In this document: positions 10,274 through 17,784 of the stretch, piece after piece
How the letters are laid out: each line of letters opens with the position of its first letter
Position numbering within the stretch: the first letter of the stretch is position 1
Assembly (NCBI GenBank): GCA_048882505.1
Contig: JBHLRO010000002.1
Coordinates: 90,001-122,000, forward strand
Reading direction: 5' to 3'
DNA length: 32,000 nucleotides
DNA from: Candidatus Thorarchaeota archaeon
GTDB lineage: Archaea > Asgardarchaeota > Heimdallarchaeia > Hodarchaeales > Hodarchaeaceae
Translations under genes and position numbers: made by a program
The notes under the pieces: generated by a model
What the model saw: the letters and a program-made list of their open reading frames with translations, nothing else
Told to the model about the DNA's origin: nothing
Databases searched by the model: none

Positions 10274-10300
10274 ATGGGTTATTCATTTGACATCAAGGGA
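10274..10300 (+). pseudogene. Orphaned 5' end of mcm (MGYSFDIKG)
   Basis: Starts 26 nt after the gins stop and matches the intact MCM N-terminus MGLSFDIKG (12533-12559) at 8/9 aa, after which homology ends abruptly. Confidence 0.8.
10286..10300 (+). repeat. 15-bp direct repeat TTTGACATCAAGGGA, left copy (attL-like)
   Basis: Exact match to 12545-12559. Flanking bases differ on both sides. Confidence 0.9.
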
Positions 10301-10314
10301 TACTCAGATTGCGT

Positions 10315-11142
10315 TTACGGTCGCGGAAATTCGGCCATTGGGCCTATGAGAAATGTGAGTTCAATATTCTCCTCATTGGTGTGCTGGATACGCAAGAGTG
10401 TGTTGTTTCCAAACTCCAGGGGCACACGATCACCAAACAAGGTGTCTGTGATGATGAGGGTTTTCTTGACAAACTCGATAGGATAGAAATTGCGAGCCTG
10501 GTGTACTCGCCCAGACGATGTGATAGGATGATGGATCGAGTAGAGAACCCTGTAATAGAGCTTATCTCGTATTTTGAAATGGATTTCCTCGGCATTGCCC
10601 TCAAACACAACAGGGTGTAGTGGGGCGTAATAACCAGGAGGGAATACCTCGCTAGGATCCTCAGGGAATGCTTCCGCAAACATGGTCATGGTCTGAATAA
10701 AGTCATTTTTTGCAATTTCAGCGAGATACGGTGGTGTTTGTATCTGATCAATTGGATCAGGGACAATCATGCCATCGGCGATGGTCACGGGGATTGGCGA
10801 GTCACCCACCCGCATTACTGCCTCCGTCTCGCTCAATTCAAACACCACAGTTTCCCCCTCCCTCCAAAATTGCACCGCTCGTACCAACTCCTCAAGGGAA
10901 AGTTGGAATTGAAGTATGCTCATCCCTGAAGTAAATGAGTAGAAAAACGAGGCAGGAAAACGAAGTATGATATCAATGATATTTCTTTCATCCTTCGTTG
11001 AAACTTGTAAGCCCTGGTCGGACACGGAGAAGATAACTTCGTCACCGGGGATGTTTTTCAGTATCTCTATGAAGGTGTGGAAGTCCTTCAACTTGTGAGG
11101 GGCGATTTCGAAGAGTTTTTCGGAAGGTTTTGTATCTCTCAC
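10315..11142 (-). CDS. Divergent PCNA-like DNA sliding clamp
   Basis: 275 aa. FIEILKNIPGDEVIFSVSDQGLQVSTKDERNIIDIILRFPASFFYSF and FYPIEFVKK...DRVPLEFGNNTLLRIQHT...LTFLIGP follow the PCNA N- and C-terminal patterns (e.g. EA.F...GL...AMD...V.M..L.L....F..Y and Y...YL......V.L.FG...PL.......L.F.LAP). Confidence 0.72.
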   Translation of the reverse strand: MRDTKPSEKLFEIAPHKLKDFHTFIEILKNIPGDEVIFSVSDQGLQVSTKDERNIIDIILRFPASFFYSFTSGMSILQFQLSLEELVRAVQFWREGETVVFELSETEAVMRVGDSPIPVTIADGMIVPDPIDQIQTPPYLAEIAKNDFIQTMTMFAEAFPEDPSEVFPPGYYAPLHPVVFEGNAEEIHFKIRDKLYYRVLYSIHHPITSSGRVHQARNFYPIEFVKKTLIITDTLFGDRVPLEFGNNTLLRIQHTNEENIELTFLIGPMAEFPRP

Positions 11143-11212
11143 CTTGAATTACTCCACTTGAGTATGAGTGAATTCTTCTCTTTTATATGACTTGTCGTAA
11201 TAGAATCTATCC

Positions 11213-11594
11213 TCAGTATTGAGAAACCACACAATGGCCATGTGTCATGCGGTACTCCGTAAGTTTTACATTTGTCCAATGACCATATTTCACCTCGGCC
11301 TGTGCTAAGACCTTGTCCGAGGGTAATCGGGTGGCCCTTGTATAATTTCGGCCACACGCCATAATTCTGTTTCCCTCGATGTTTGAATTTTGTTATTTTG
11401 GCCGTTTCAATTTTTACCCATTCTTGGAAGTCGTTTGGATAATTCCGCGCCAACCACAATAACTCGATCTCGGAAATAAACGGACAAAGCTTACAATTGG
11501 ATGGTAAGGGTATTTGATGGCCTAGGCTTCGAATGTAGCCTTGGCATGCCTTTCGATTCATCCCTTCGTCTATCAAGGGAAAATGGAAATACAT
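11213..11594 (-). pseudogene. 5'-truncated, frameshifted C-terminal part of a phage/plasmid-type PAPS-reductase-like (PP-loop/ANH) protein
   Basis: FPLIDEGMNRKACQGYIRSLGHQIPLPSNCKLCPF resembles this family. Removing one G at 11311-11312 gives ...TLGQVLAQAEVKYGHWTNVKLTEYRMTHGHCVVSQY* (stop at 11213-11215). There is no N-terminal PP-loop. Confidence 0.62.
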
Positions 11595-11598
11595 CCCT

Positions 11599-11991
11599 GA
11601 TCCCCCCGTCGTGGTTCTCCTTGCCCCTCAAAGCGGCGAAATTTTCAGTACCAGTCCCATTACAATTCGATGGCAAGCCTCCGATCCCGACCATGACGCT
11701 CTAAAATCTTCACTGTTTTACTGGGATGGGGAGGATTGGATATCCATCGATGCGGATCTTATTGTTTCGGAATACTTGTGGGATATCCAGGGTATTCCTA
11801 GCGGGGCGTACTATCGCATTAGAGTTGTGGTTAGTGATGGGTTCCTCATCGGGATTGACCAATCAAGCAGTCCCTTTTCAATAGAAAAATCCCGAGGGAC
11901 AGGGATAGAAGTGATATGGATTTTCCTCGGTATGCTCGTAACGACTATCTCAAGAACCCTAATTTCTAAAAAGTTCCGAGACCGCGGGTAA
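11599..11991 (+). pseudogene. C-terminal fragment of a cell-surface protein (Ig-like domain, hydrophobic anchor and basic tail)
   Basis: DPPVVVLLAPQSGE...ITIRWQASDPDHDAL...YYRIRVVVSDG followed by IEVIWIFLGMLVTTISRTLISKKFRDRG. No signal peptide is present and an in-frame stop lies at 11536-11538. Confidence 0.65.
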
Positions 11992-12312
11992 TTGGGGATA
12001 TCATTCCGATGAGAGGATAAACTTATTTTCCCTGTATCCCATTTTTTTCGGCAATATAGAACGTGAATTGATCGGCTCGAAGTTTTTTAAAACCAACGCT
12101 TACGAACAAAAGTAGGCTCGTAGGCTCCATTAACCCCTCCTACTTATTCTTGCATGTTAACCTCCTCTTCACCCTTTTCAGGTGAGCATTATTTTGTTCA
12201 AAGCCGCCTTTAATCTTAAAAAGGAGGAATCTGGTAAGTAACTGCCCGCTCCCAACCTAGTTAATATCTCTTCGTGGAGGCCTCGCGTATCATATCTGGC
12301 TCTACTGATCGA

Positions 12313-12468
12313 ACCCCGCTACAAAAAGAAATCATAGCCGAGATCATCCGACTTCGATCTGACTTACTCGAAACTAAAGTCCCTGTGAAATTTCTCAAAG
12401 AATTTTCGGTATTTATGTTTGCAGACATTAAAATTCACCTCGAACCCGATTTTGATAAAATCCTCTAG
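12313..12468 (+). pseudogene. Truncated second gins23 (N-terminal fragment)
   Basis: TPLQKEIIAEIIRLRSDLLETKVPVKFLKEFSVFMF vs residues 5-40 of intact Gins, TPSKTELLNELERLRFELLETKIPVTFRRDFSGFSF: 19/36 identical. It stops at 12466-12468, 64 nt before mcm. Confidence 0.82.
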
Positions 12469-12532
12469 CTGGTTCAAATGGATAAAAAGTAACCACAGAT
12501 ACTACTACTACCAAAGAAAAGGTGTTAGACCC

Positions 12533-14614
12533 ATGGGATTAAGCTTTGACATCAAGGGAAGGTTTGAAACATTCATTACTGAATTCACAGATCGTGAGGG
12601 TCATCTATACTACCATGAACGAATTGGGGAAATGGAAAGAAAAAGTCAGAAAAGCCTATTGATTTCCTATGATGACCTACTTCATCACGATCCCAAGCTG
12701 GCCGAAGAAATGTTGATAAATCCCGAGGTCTGCCTGTTGGTCGCCTCGAGCGTCTTAGAAGAGTTCTTGAATCAAATCAGTCCAATGTATGTACAAAAGA
12801 CTGAACAATTACATGTACGGATCACTGATCTCACAGATAAGGTTAATCTGCGTGCGCTCAAAACGGAACATCTCGGGAGACTTACCTGCTTCGAGGGTAT
12901 CGTGATTGGTGTTACCGAGGCCAAACCCCTCTTGATTCGCGGGGTTTTTCGATGTGCAGCCTGCGGAACGGACAATCAGATCGCGGAGTTTCCTGAAGGG
13001 ATTTATATCCCTCCTTATCGATGTAAAGAGGATCACTGTCAAAAAACAAATTCATTGCACCTACAAATCGAAAAATCCACCTTTATAGATTGGCAGAAGG
13101 TATCGATACAAGAACGACCGGAAGAACTACCCCCTGGCCAACTACCCCAGAGTATTAGTATACATATCCTCGATGATCTTGTGGATATGGCCCGCCCAGG
13201 GGATCGAGTAGAGGTGGTAGGTATCCTCAAGGCCCGGGCATCACGCCTATTAAAACGGGGCCAATTGTCCACTTACAACAAGTTTTTCCAGGGAGTAACC
13301 ATTATCAAAGAAACCGCAGAGTACGTCGATGTGGATGTTTCAGAAGAAGAAGAAAGAGAGATTATCGATCTGTCTAAATCACCCCATATCGTTGAAAAGA
13401 TCCGAAACTCGTTAGCTCCCTCGATCTATGGCCACGATGTCGTTAAGGAAGCAATCGCCTCGTTATTGTTTGGTGGGTCTGAAAAAACCACACCCGATGG
13501 GATAAAACTTCGTGGCGAAACTAACATCCTTTTAATAGGCGATCCTGGAGTTGGAAAGAGTCAGTTACTCAAATTTATAGCTAAATTGGCTCCCAGGGCG
13601 TTATATACGACTGGTAAAGGATCTACCGCCGCAGGACTGACCGCGGCTGTGATACGCGACCAAGACACAGGGGAAATTACATTGGAGGCGGGAGCCTTGG
13701 TATTAGCTGATCGTGGCATTGCCATGGTCGATGAATTCGATAAAATGCGTACAGATGACCGAGTTGCGATCCATGAAGCCATGGAACAACATTCCATTTC
13801 AATAGCCAAGGCAGGCATCGTAGCTACATTAAATGCAAGGACAGCCATCTTGGCGGCGGCCAACCCCCGTCGAGGTCGGTGGAATCCATATAAACCGACC
13901 GCTGATAATCTGAATTTACCCCCCACCATTCTATCACGGTTTGATCTCATTTTTGTGATGGAGGATAAGCCAGATCTCAAGGAAGACCGTGATAAGGCCA
14001 CACACATTCTTAACTTGCATAAATCGAAAATCCTCTCTAAAGAGCCTCCAGTACAGCAATCTCTTCTCCGGAAGTATATTGCGTATGCACGACGTGAAAT
14101 CAAGCCAACGCTTTCCGACGAGGCTCAAGAGCGGCTGCTGGAGTATTACATGACGCTCCGGAAAGAAAGTGAGCAAGTAGATGAAAAAGGAGTCCCTCCT
14201 ATCGCAATTACTCCCCGACAGCTCGAAGCGCTAGTTAGATTGTCCGAAGCTCGTGCAAAAATGCGTCTAAGTGATGTAGTTTCGTATGATGATGCGGCAG
14301 GAGCGGTAAACCTTATGAGGGTCTCCTTAGATAAGTTAGCTCGTGATACAGAAACTGGGAAACTCGATATCGATAGATATGCCTCAGATACCGATGCCCG
14401 CTCTCGACGCAATCTCGACCGTATTGAGGCACTAATTGATCGAAAAGTGGAGGAAGCCAAAACCAAAGATGCGGAACCTGCCGCTATCAAGGATATCTTG
14501 GATCAAGCTTTCGAGGAGGGTATGGATCGGGCCCAGGTGAGAAAAGTGATTGACGAGCTGATACGGCGAGGTCATTTGTTCGAACCTCGCCCGGGACACA
14601 TCGACAAGCCTTGA
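12533..14614 (+). CDS. mcm: MCM replicative helicase (693 aa)
   Basis: Zn finger CAAC...CKEDHC, Walker A GDPGVGKSQ, VDEFDKM, arginine finger SRFDL, ITPRQLEAL and a C-terminal wHTH. ATG 12533 is supported by the homologous start at 10274. Confidence 0.97.
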   Translation: MGLSFDIKGRFETFITEFTDREGHLYYHERIGEMERKSQKSLLISYDDLLHHDPKLAEEMLINPEVCLLVASSVLEEFLNQISPMYVQKTEQLHVRITDLTDKVNLRALKTEHLGRLTCFEGIVIGVTEAKPLLIRGVFRCAACGTDNQIAEFPEGIYIPPYRCKEDHCQKTNSLHLQIEKSTFIDWQKVSIQERPEELPPGQLPQSISIHILDDLVDMARPGDRVEVVGILKARASRLLKRGQLSTYNKFFQGVTIIKETAEYVDVDVSEEEEREIIDLSKSPHIVEKIRNSLAPSIYGHDVVKEAIASLLFGGSEKTTPDGIKLRGETNILLIGDPGVGKSQLLKFIAKLAPRALYTTGKGSTAAGLTAAVIRDQDTGEITLEAGALVLADRGIAMVDEFDKMRTDDRVAIHEAMEQHSISIAKAGIVATLNARTAILAAANPRRGRWNPYKPTADNLNLPPTILSRFDLIFVMEDKPDLKEDRDKATHILNLHKSKILSKEPPVQQSLLRKYIAYARREIKPTLSDEAQERLLEYYMTLRKESEQVDEKGVPPIAITPRQLEALVRLSEARAKMRLSDVVSYDDAAGAVNLMRVSLDKLARDTETGKLDIDRYASDTDARSRRNLDRIEALIDRKVEEAKTKDAEPAAIKDILDQAFEEGMDRAQVRKVIDELIRRGHLFEPRPGHIDKP
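12545..12559 (+). repeat. 15-bp direct repeat TTTGACATCAAGGGA, right copy (attR-like), codons 5-9 of mcm
   Basis: Exact match to 10286-10300. Confidence 0.9.
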
Positions 14615-14681
14615 GTATCGATTATCATATAGTGGGGGCAGTATTGAAGGATTTCATTCATCTGGAATTGGTAGTTCTCCG

Positions 14682-15806
14682 TTACGCCTCAAACAAAGTT
14701 CTTGGAGTATTTGTAAGGACTTCTGGGCTGTTCTCACCTATTACCACTGTGTCTTCAATCCGTACTCCCCACGATCCTTTGTAGATTCCACAATTTCCGA
14801 TTGCTACTGAAATATTTTTCTCTAGCGGGGGGGGAGCTTTTTCTCCATGGAAGAAGGCATGACCAGGTGGTAAAGGAGCTTCTTCGAAATTTATTCCTAT
14901 TCCATGAATTGGAGGCCCAAAAATATTCTTTCCATATCCAGCATCACGAATCGTACCATGAAGCGTGTCTTCAAGTTCAATCATGCCGATTCCTTTCACC
15001 GCTTTCGCAATCGTTGCTTCTAGAGCATCTAAATACACACTATAAGCTTTTTTCTGCTCACTAGACACATGATCAACAGCAACCATTCGACAAACATCTG
15101 AAGAATAATTTTCTACAATCGGATGAAGATCTATCACCACCAAGTCTCCTTTTTGAATTCTTCGATTTGTAGGAATTCCGTGAGCAATGCCTGTACGGGA
15201 TCCACAGGCGACATATGACCGCCAAAATCCTTCGGCCCCCTCTTGTCTCATTGCATATTCCCCTTCTGCTGCGATCTGACTCTCAGTTAAACCTATTTTT
15301 ACAGCTTCTATTGCAGCCTTTAAACCAACATCAGCGACTTTTGCTGCGCTTCTTAGCAAGGCAATTTCTTTTGGTTCCTTTATCAGACGTAATTGCGATA
15401 AAATATTTGTACAATCCTGAACTGTAACGTTTTCAGGCTTCGCATGTGGGTGAGTCATCATTCCCATCATCGATTTCGTTAAAAAGGTATATTCTAATCC
15501 CATGACCCCGGATTCTATTTTAAATTGCTTGAAATACTCCGCGATCGAATGAATCATCCCTACTTCGTCTTCAAAGCCCGTGATATGATCAAATCGTGCT
15601 AATTGCGTGACTTCTTCAATATCGGTCTTGGGCGTGCCGATAGCAACTTGGTTATCTTTAGAAATCATTACATACGCACAAAGGCGCCCATCTCCAGTGA
15701 GATAAAGCATATTCGATGGTTTGGTGAGTAACAAGACATTAATCCCCTCTTTTGCCATTTGTTGGCTACACCTTTTTACTCGTTTCTCATAGGTAATTTT
15801 ATTCAT
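14682..15806 (-). CDS. M24-family (Xaa-Pro peptidase/creatinase fold) protein
   Basis: Creatinase-like N-domain, RLIKEPKEI, D-x10-D (DLHPIVENYSSD), HGIG and GVRIEDT. Confidence 0.88.
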   Translation of the reverse strand: MNKITYEKRVKRCSQQMAKEGINVLLLTKPSNMLYLTGDGRLCAYVMISKDNQVAIGTPKTDIEEVTQLARFDHITGFEDEVGMIHSIAEYFKQFKIESGVMGLEYTFLTKSMMGMMTHPHAKPENVTVQDCTNILSQLRLIKEPKEIALLRSAAKVADVGLKAAIEAVKIGLTESQIAAEGEYAMRQEGAEGFWRSYVACGSRTGIAHGIPTNRRIQKGDLVVIDLHPIVENYSSDVCRMVAVDHVSSEQKKAYSVYLDALEATIAKAVKGIGMIELEDTLHGTIRDAGYGKNIFGPPIHGIGINFEEAPLPPGHAFFHGEKAPPPLEKNISVAIGNCGIYKGSWGVRIEDTVVIGENSPEVLTNTPRTLFEA

Positions 15807-16103
15807 ATTTTACACCCAGGTTATTGTTTCACAAGAGCTCTATGACATATTACGGATTTCGAAATATAAATGCATTGGTTCCGTTCCCCTTCATTCTCTG
15901 GTACCATCCATAATTAACCGAAATCTCTGGCGTTATATTGTCAGATGGCTTCACAGCATGATTTTTTGCATTTTGATAAATGAAATTCTCAGTAGAACTG
16001 CGAAGATGTTTTGCAGAGGAGCGGTCGTGTAATAAATAGAGGTGAGAACGCTGTCAATAAGAATTTCCCTCGGTGTACTCCTCTCAATAGTCGATAAAAT
16101 GGA

Positions 16104-17618
16104 ATGATAGTTTTTTCAACTAATGGTTTTAGATTCTTTTACGGCGCAAAAAGGACTTCTATGGAGACGGGTCGAGTGCAGACTTCGTTCGAATCAGTAC
16201 AAAGGGAAACGGCCTCATTTTTTTCAACCATTACCTATCCCAGTGTTCTGAAAGCAGCTTTTTCTTTACAAGATATCCAAAATCGGACCCAAAACACAAA
16301 GTTTCAGCTTTTGTGGAATTTGGTTCAAAAGAAAGGGATTAATTGCTTTCAACTCGTTGGGTCACAAAAAAAAAGGCGTTGGCAAATCTTTTTTATAGAC
16401 TTAGAGACCCCTATACTATTTATCCCTACAACACATGATTCATTGGCCGTTGAAAAATTTTTATCGTTTTCGAATATCCTGAAAACAATCAAATCGAACT
16501 TACTCCAAAAATATAGTCAAGAATCAGAGGCAATGATTGTTCAGGTCAAAAATGAAGAAAAAGAAACTAGCGATTCCCCCTTTACAACATATAAGGTGGA
16601 GGATCAGGAGAGACCCGAGAAATCTGGTAGGAACTCAATAATGAGGGAGGGTCAGCAATCCTTACACACTTATCTAGGAAAAAAAGAAGAAGATCTAACT
16701 AGACTTGAAGAGGAAGAGAGAATTGATTTGAGGAAGGGGAGAAGGCGGAATCCATTTGGACAGTTTAATCCGAAAAATAGGTTAAACACACTGACTGGGA
16801 GAGAATGGATACGTTTTTCCAAATCCTGGCGCATTGAAAGGCCTCCCCCACGGAATAAGAATGAAATATTACATCCCGCGAAATTTCCAGAGACAATGGT
16901 ACGCAGTTATATCACGTTTTTTACTAAGAAAGGGCAACTTGTTCTAGACCCCTTCCTTGGGAGCGGCAGCATGCTCGTCACCGCAAAACAATGTAATCGA
17001 AATGGGGTGGGGATTGAGTTATCACAATTCTATGCTGATATTGCACAAACCCGTGTGGATGAAATCGGAGATCTTCCCTACTCCCCCCTTTACCAAACTG
17101 AGAAAAAGGGATTCTGGCGCGTTATAAAGGGGGATGCCAGGGATTTACCTGGTCTATGGAAGAAGCATAAGTTACCGCAATTGGATTTTTGCATCACATC
17201 ACCTCCCTATTGGAACCAGCTGGCTCGGAGTACTATTCGCCAGAAGGCACGAAAAAAACAGGGATTGGATACCAGATATAGCGAAAATGATCCTAACGAT
17301 TTAGGGAATATCCGCGACTATAGGCAATTTCTGAAGACCCAACAGACAATTTTCGGGCACGTGTACACCCTCCTACGAAACAAAGGATATCTAGTGGTGG
17401 TCACGAACAACGTGTTTACGCGGGGGCGGTTATTTCCCCTGGCTTACGATACTGCCACAAGTCTTGTAAGTGATGGAAACCATCCATGGGTTCTCAAGGA
17501 CGAAAAACTCTGGCTGCAAGACGATAAAGCATTATTGGCCTTAGGGGTAAACAATGCGTGGGTTGGAAATCGATGTCACCAATATTGTCTTATTTTCCGA
17601 AAAGAAGAAGATAACTGA
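16104..17618 (+). CDS. Orphan amino-type (probably N4-cytosine) DNA methyltransferase with an N-terminal extension of about 180 aa; true start uncertain (16104, 16161 or 16641)
   Basis: HPAKFP, VLDPFLGSGS (motif I) ahead of TSPPYW (motif IV). No restriction endonuclease gene is adjacent. Confidence 0.85.
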   Translation: MIVFSTNGFRFFYGAKRTSMETGRVQTSFESVQRETASFFSTITYPSVLKAAFSLQDIQNRTQNTKFQLLWNLVQKKGINCFQLVGSQKKRRWQIFFIDLETPILFIPTTHDSLAVEKFLSFSNILKTIKSNLLQKYSQESEAMIVQVKNEEKETSDSPFTTYKVEDQERPEKSGRNSIMREGQQSLHTYLGKKEEDLTRLEEEERIDLRKGRRRNPFGQFNPKNRLNTLTGREWIRFSKSWRIERPPPRNKNEILHPAKFPETMVRSYITFFTKKGQLVLDPFLGSGSMLVTAKQCNRNGVGIELSQFYADIAQTRVDEIGDLPYSPLYQTEKKGFWRVIKGDARDLPGLWKKHKLPQLDFCITSPPYWNQLARSTIRQKARKKQGLDTRYSENDPNDLGNIRDYRQFLKTQQTIFGHVYTLLRNKGYLVVVTNNVFTRGRLFPLAYDTATSLVSDGNHPWVLKDEKLWLQDDKALLALGVNNAWVGNRCHQYCLIFRKEEDN

Positions 17619-17784
17619 TTTAATAAAGTCATCAGCTGATGTTGGAGCCTATCGAAACAGCTTGTGGGATGATCGAAACAATCCCCAGAAACCCTAATAA
17701 AGAATTTTATGCTGGTAGTGAAAATTAGGTCGGCCTGAAAGGTAAAAGATAAAATAATGACGAAAGAATTTGAGGTTTATATGA

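Larger units (their letters stand above)
10286..12559. mobile_element. Putative relic of an integrated element within the mcm 5' end (no integrase present)
   Basis: Bounded by 15-bp direct repeats. Cargo is a PCNA-like gene plus three gene fragments. Removing the 2259 bp between the repeats restores gins23 followed by an in-frame full-length mcm. Confidence 0.55.

Noticed and set aside
10244-10486. 80-aa ORF after gins
   Set aside because: Only MGYSFDIKG is meaningful; the rest is antisense read-through of the PCNA-like gene.
12070-12170. Minus-strand GAGGAGG-ATG mini-ORFs (MQE*, then a 35-aa ORF)
   Set aside because: SD motifs are real but the ORFs are very short and motif-free; they are probably debris of the insert.
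12419-12532. 38-aa N-terminal extension of MCM
   Set aside because: It overlaps the gins remnant, and the duplicate start at 10274 shows that MCM begins at MG(L/Y)SFDIKG.
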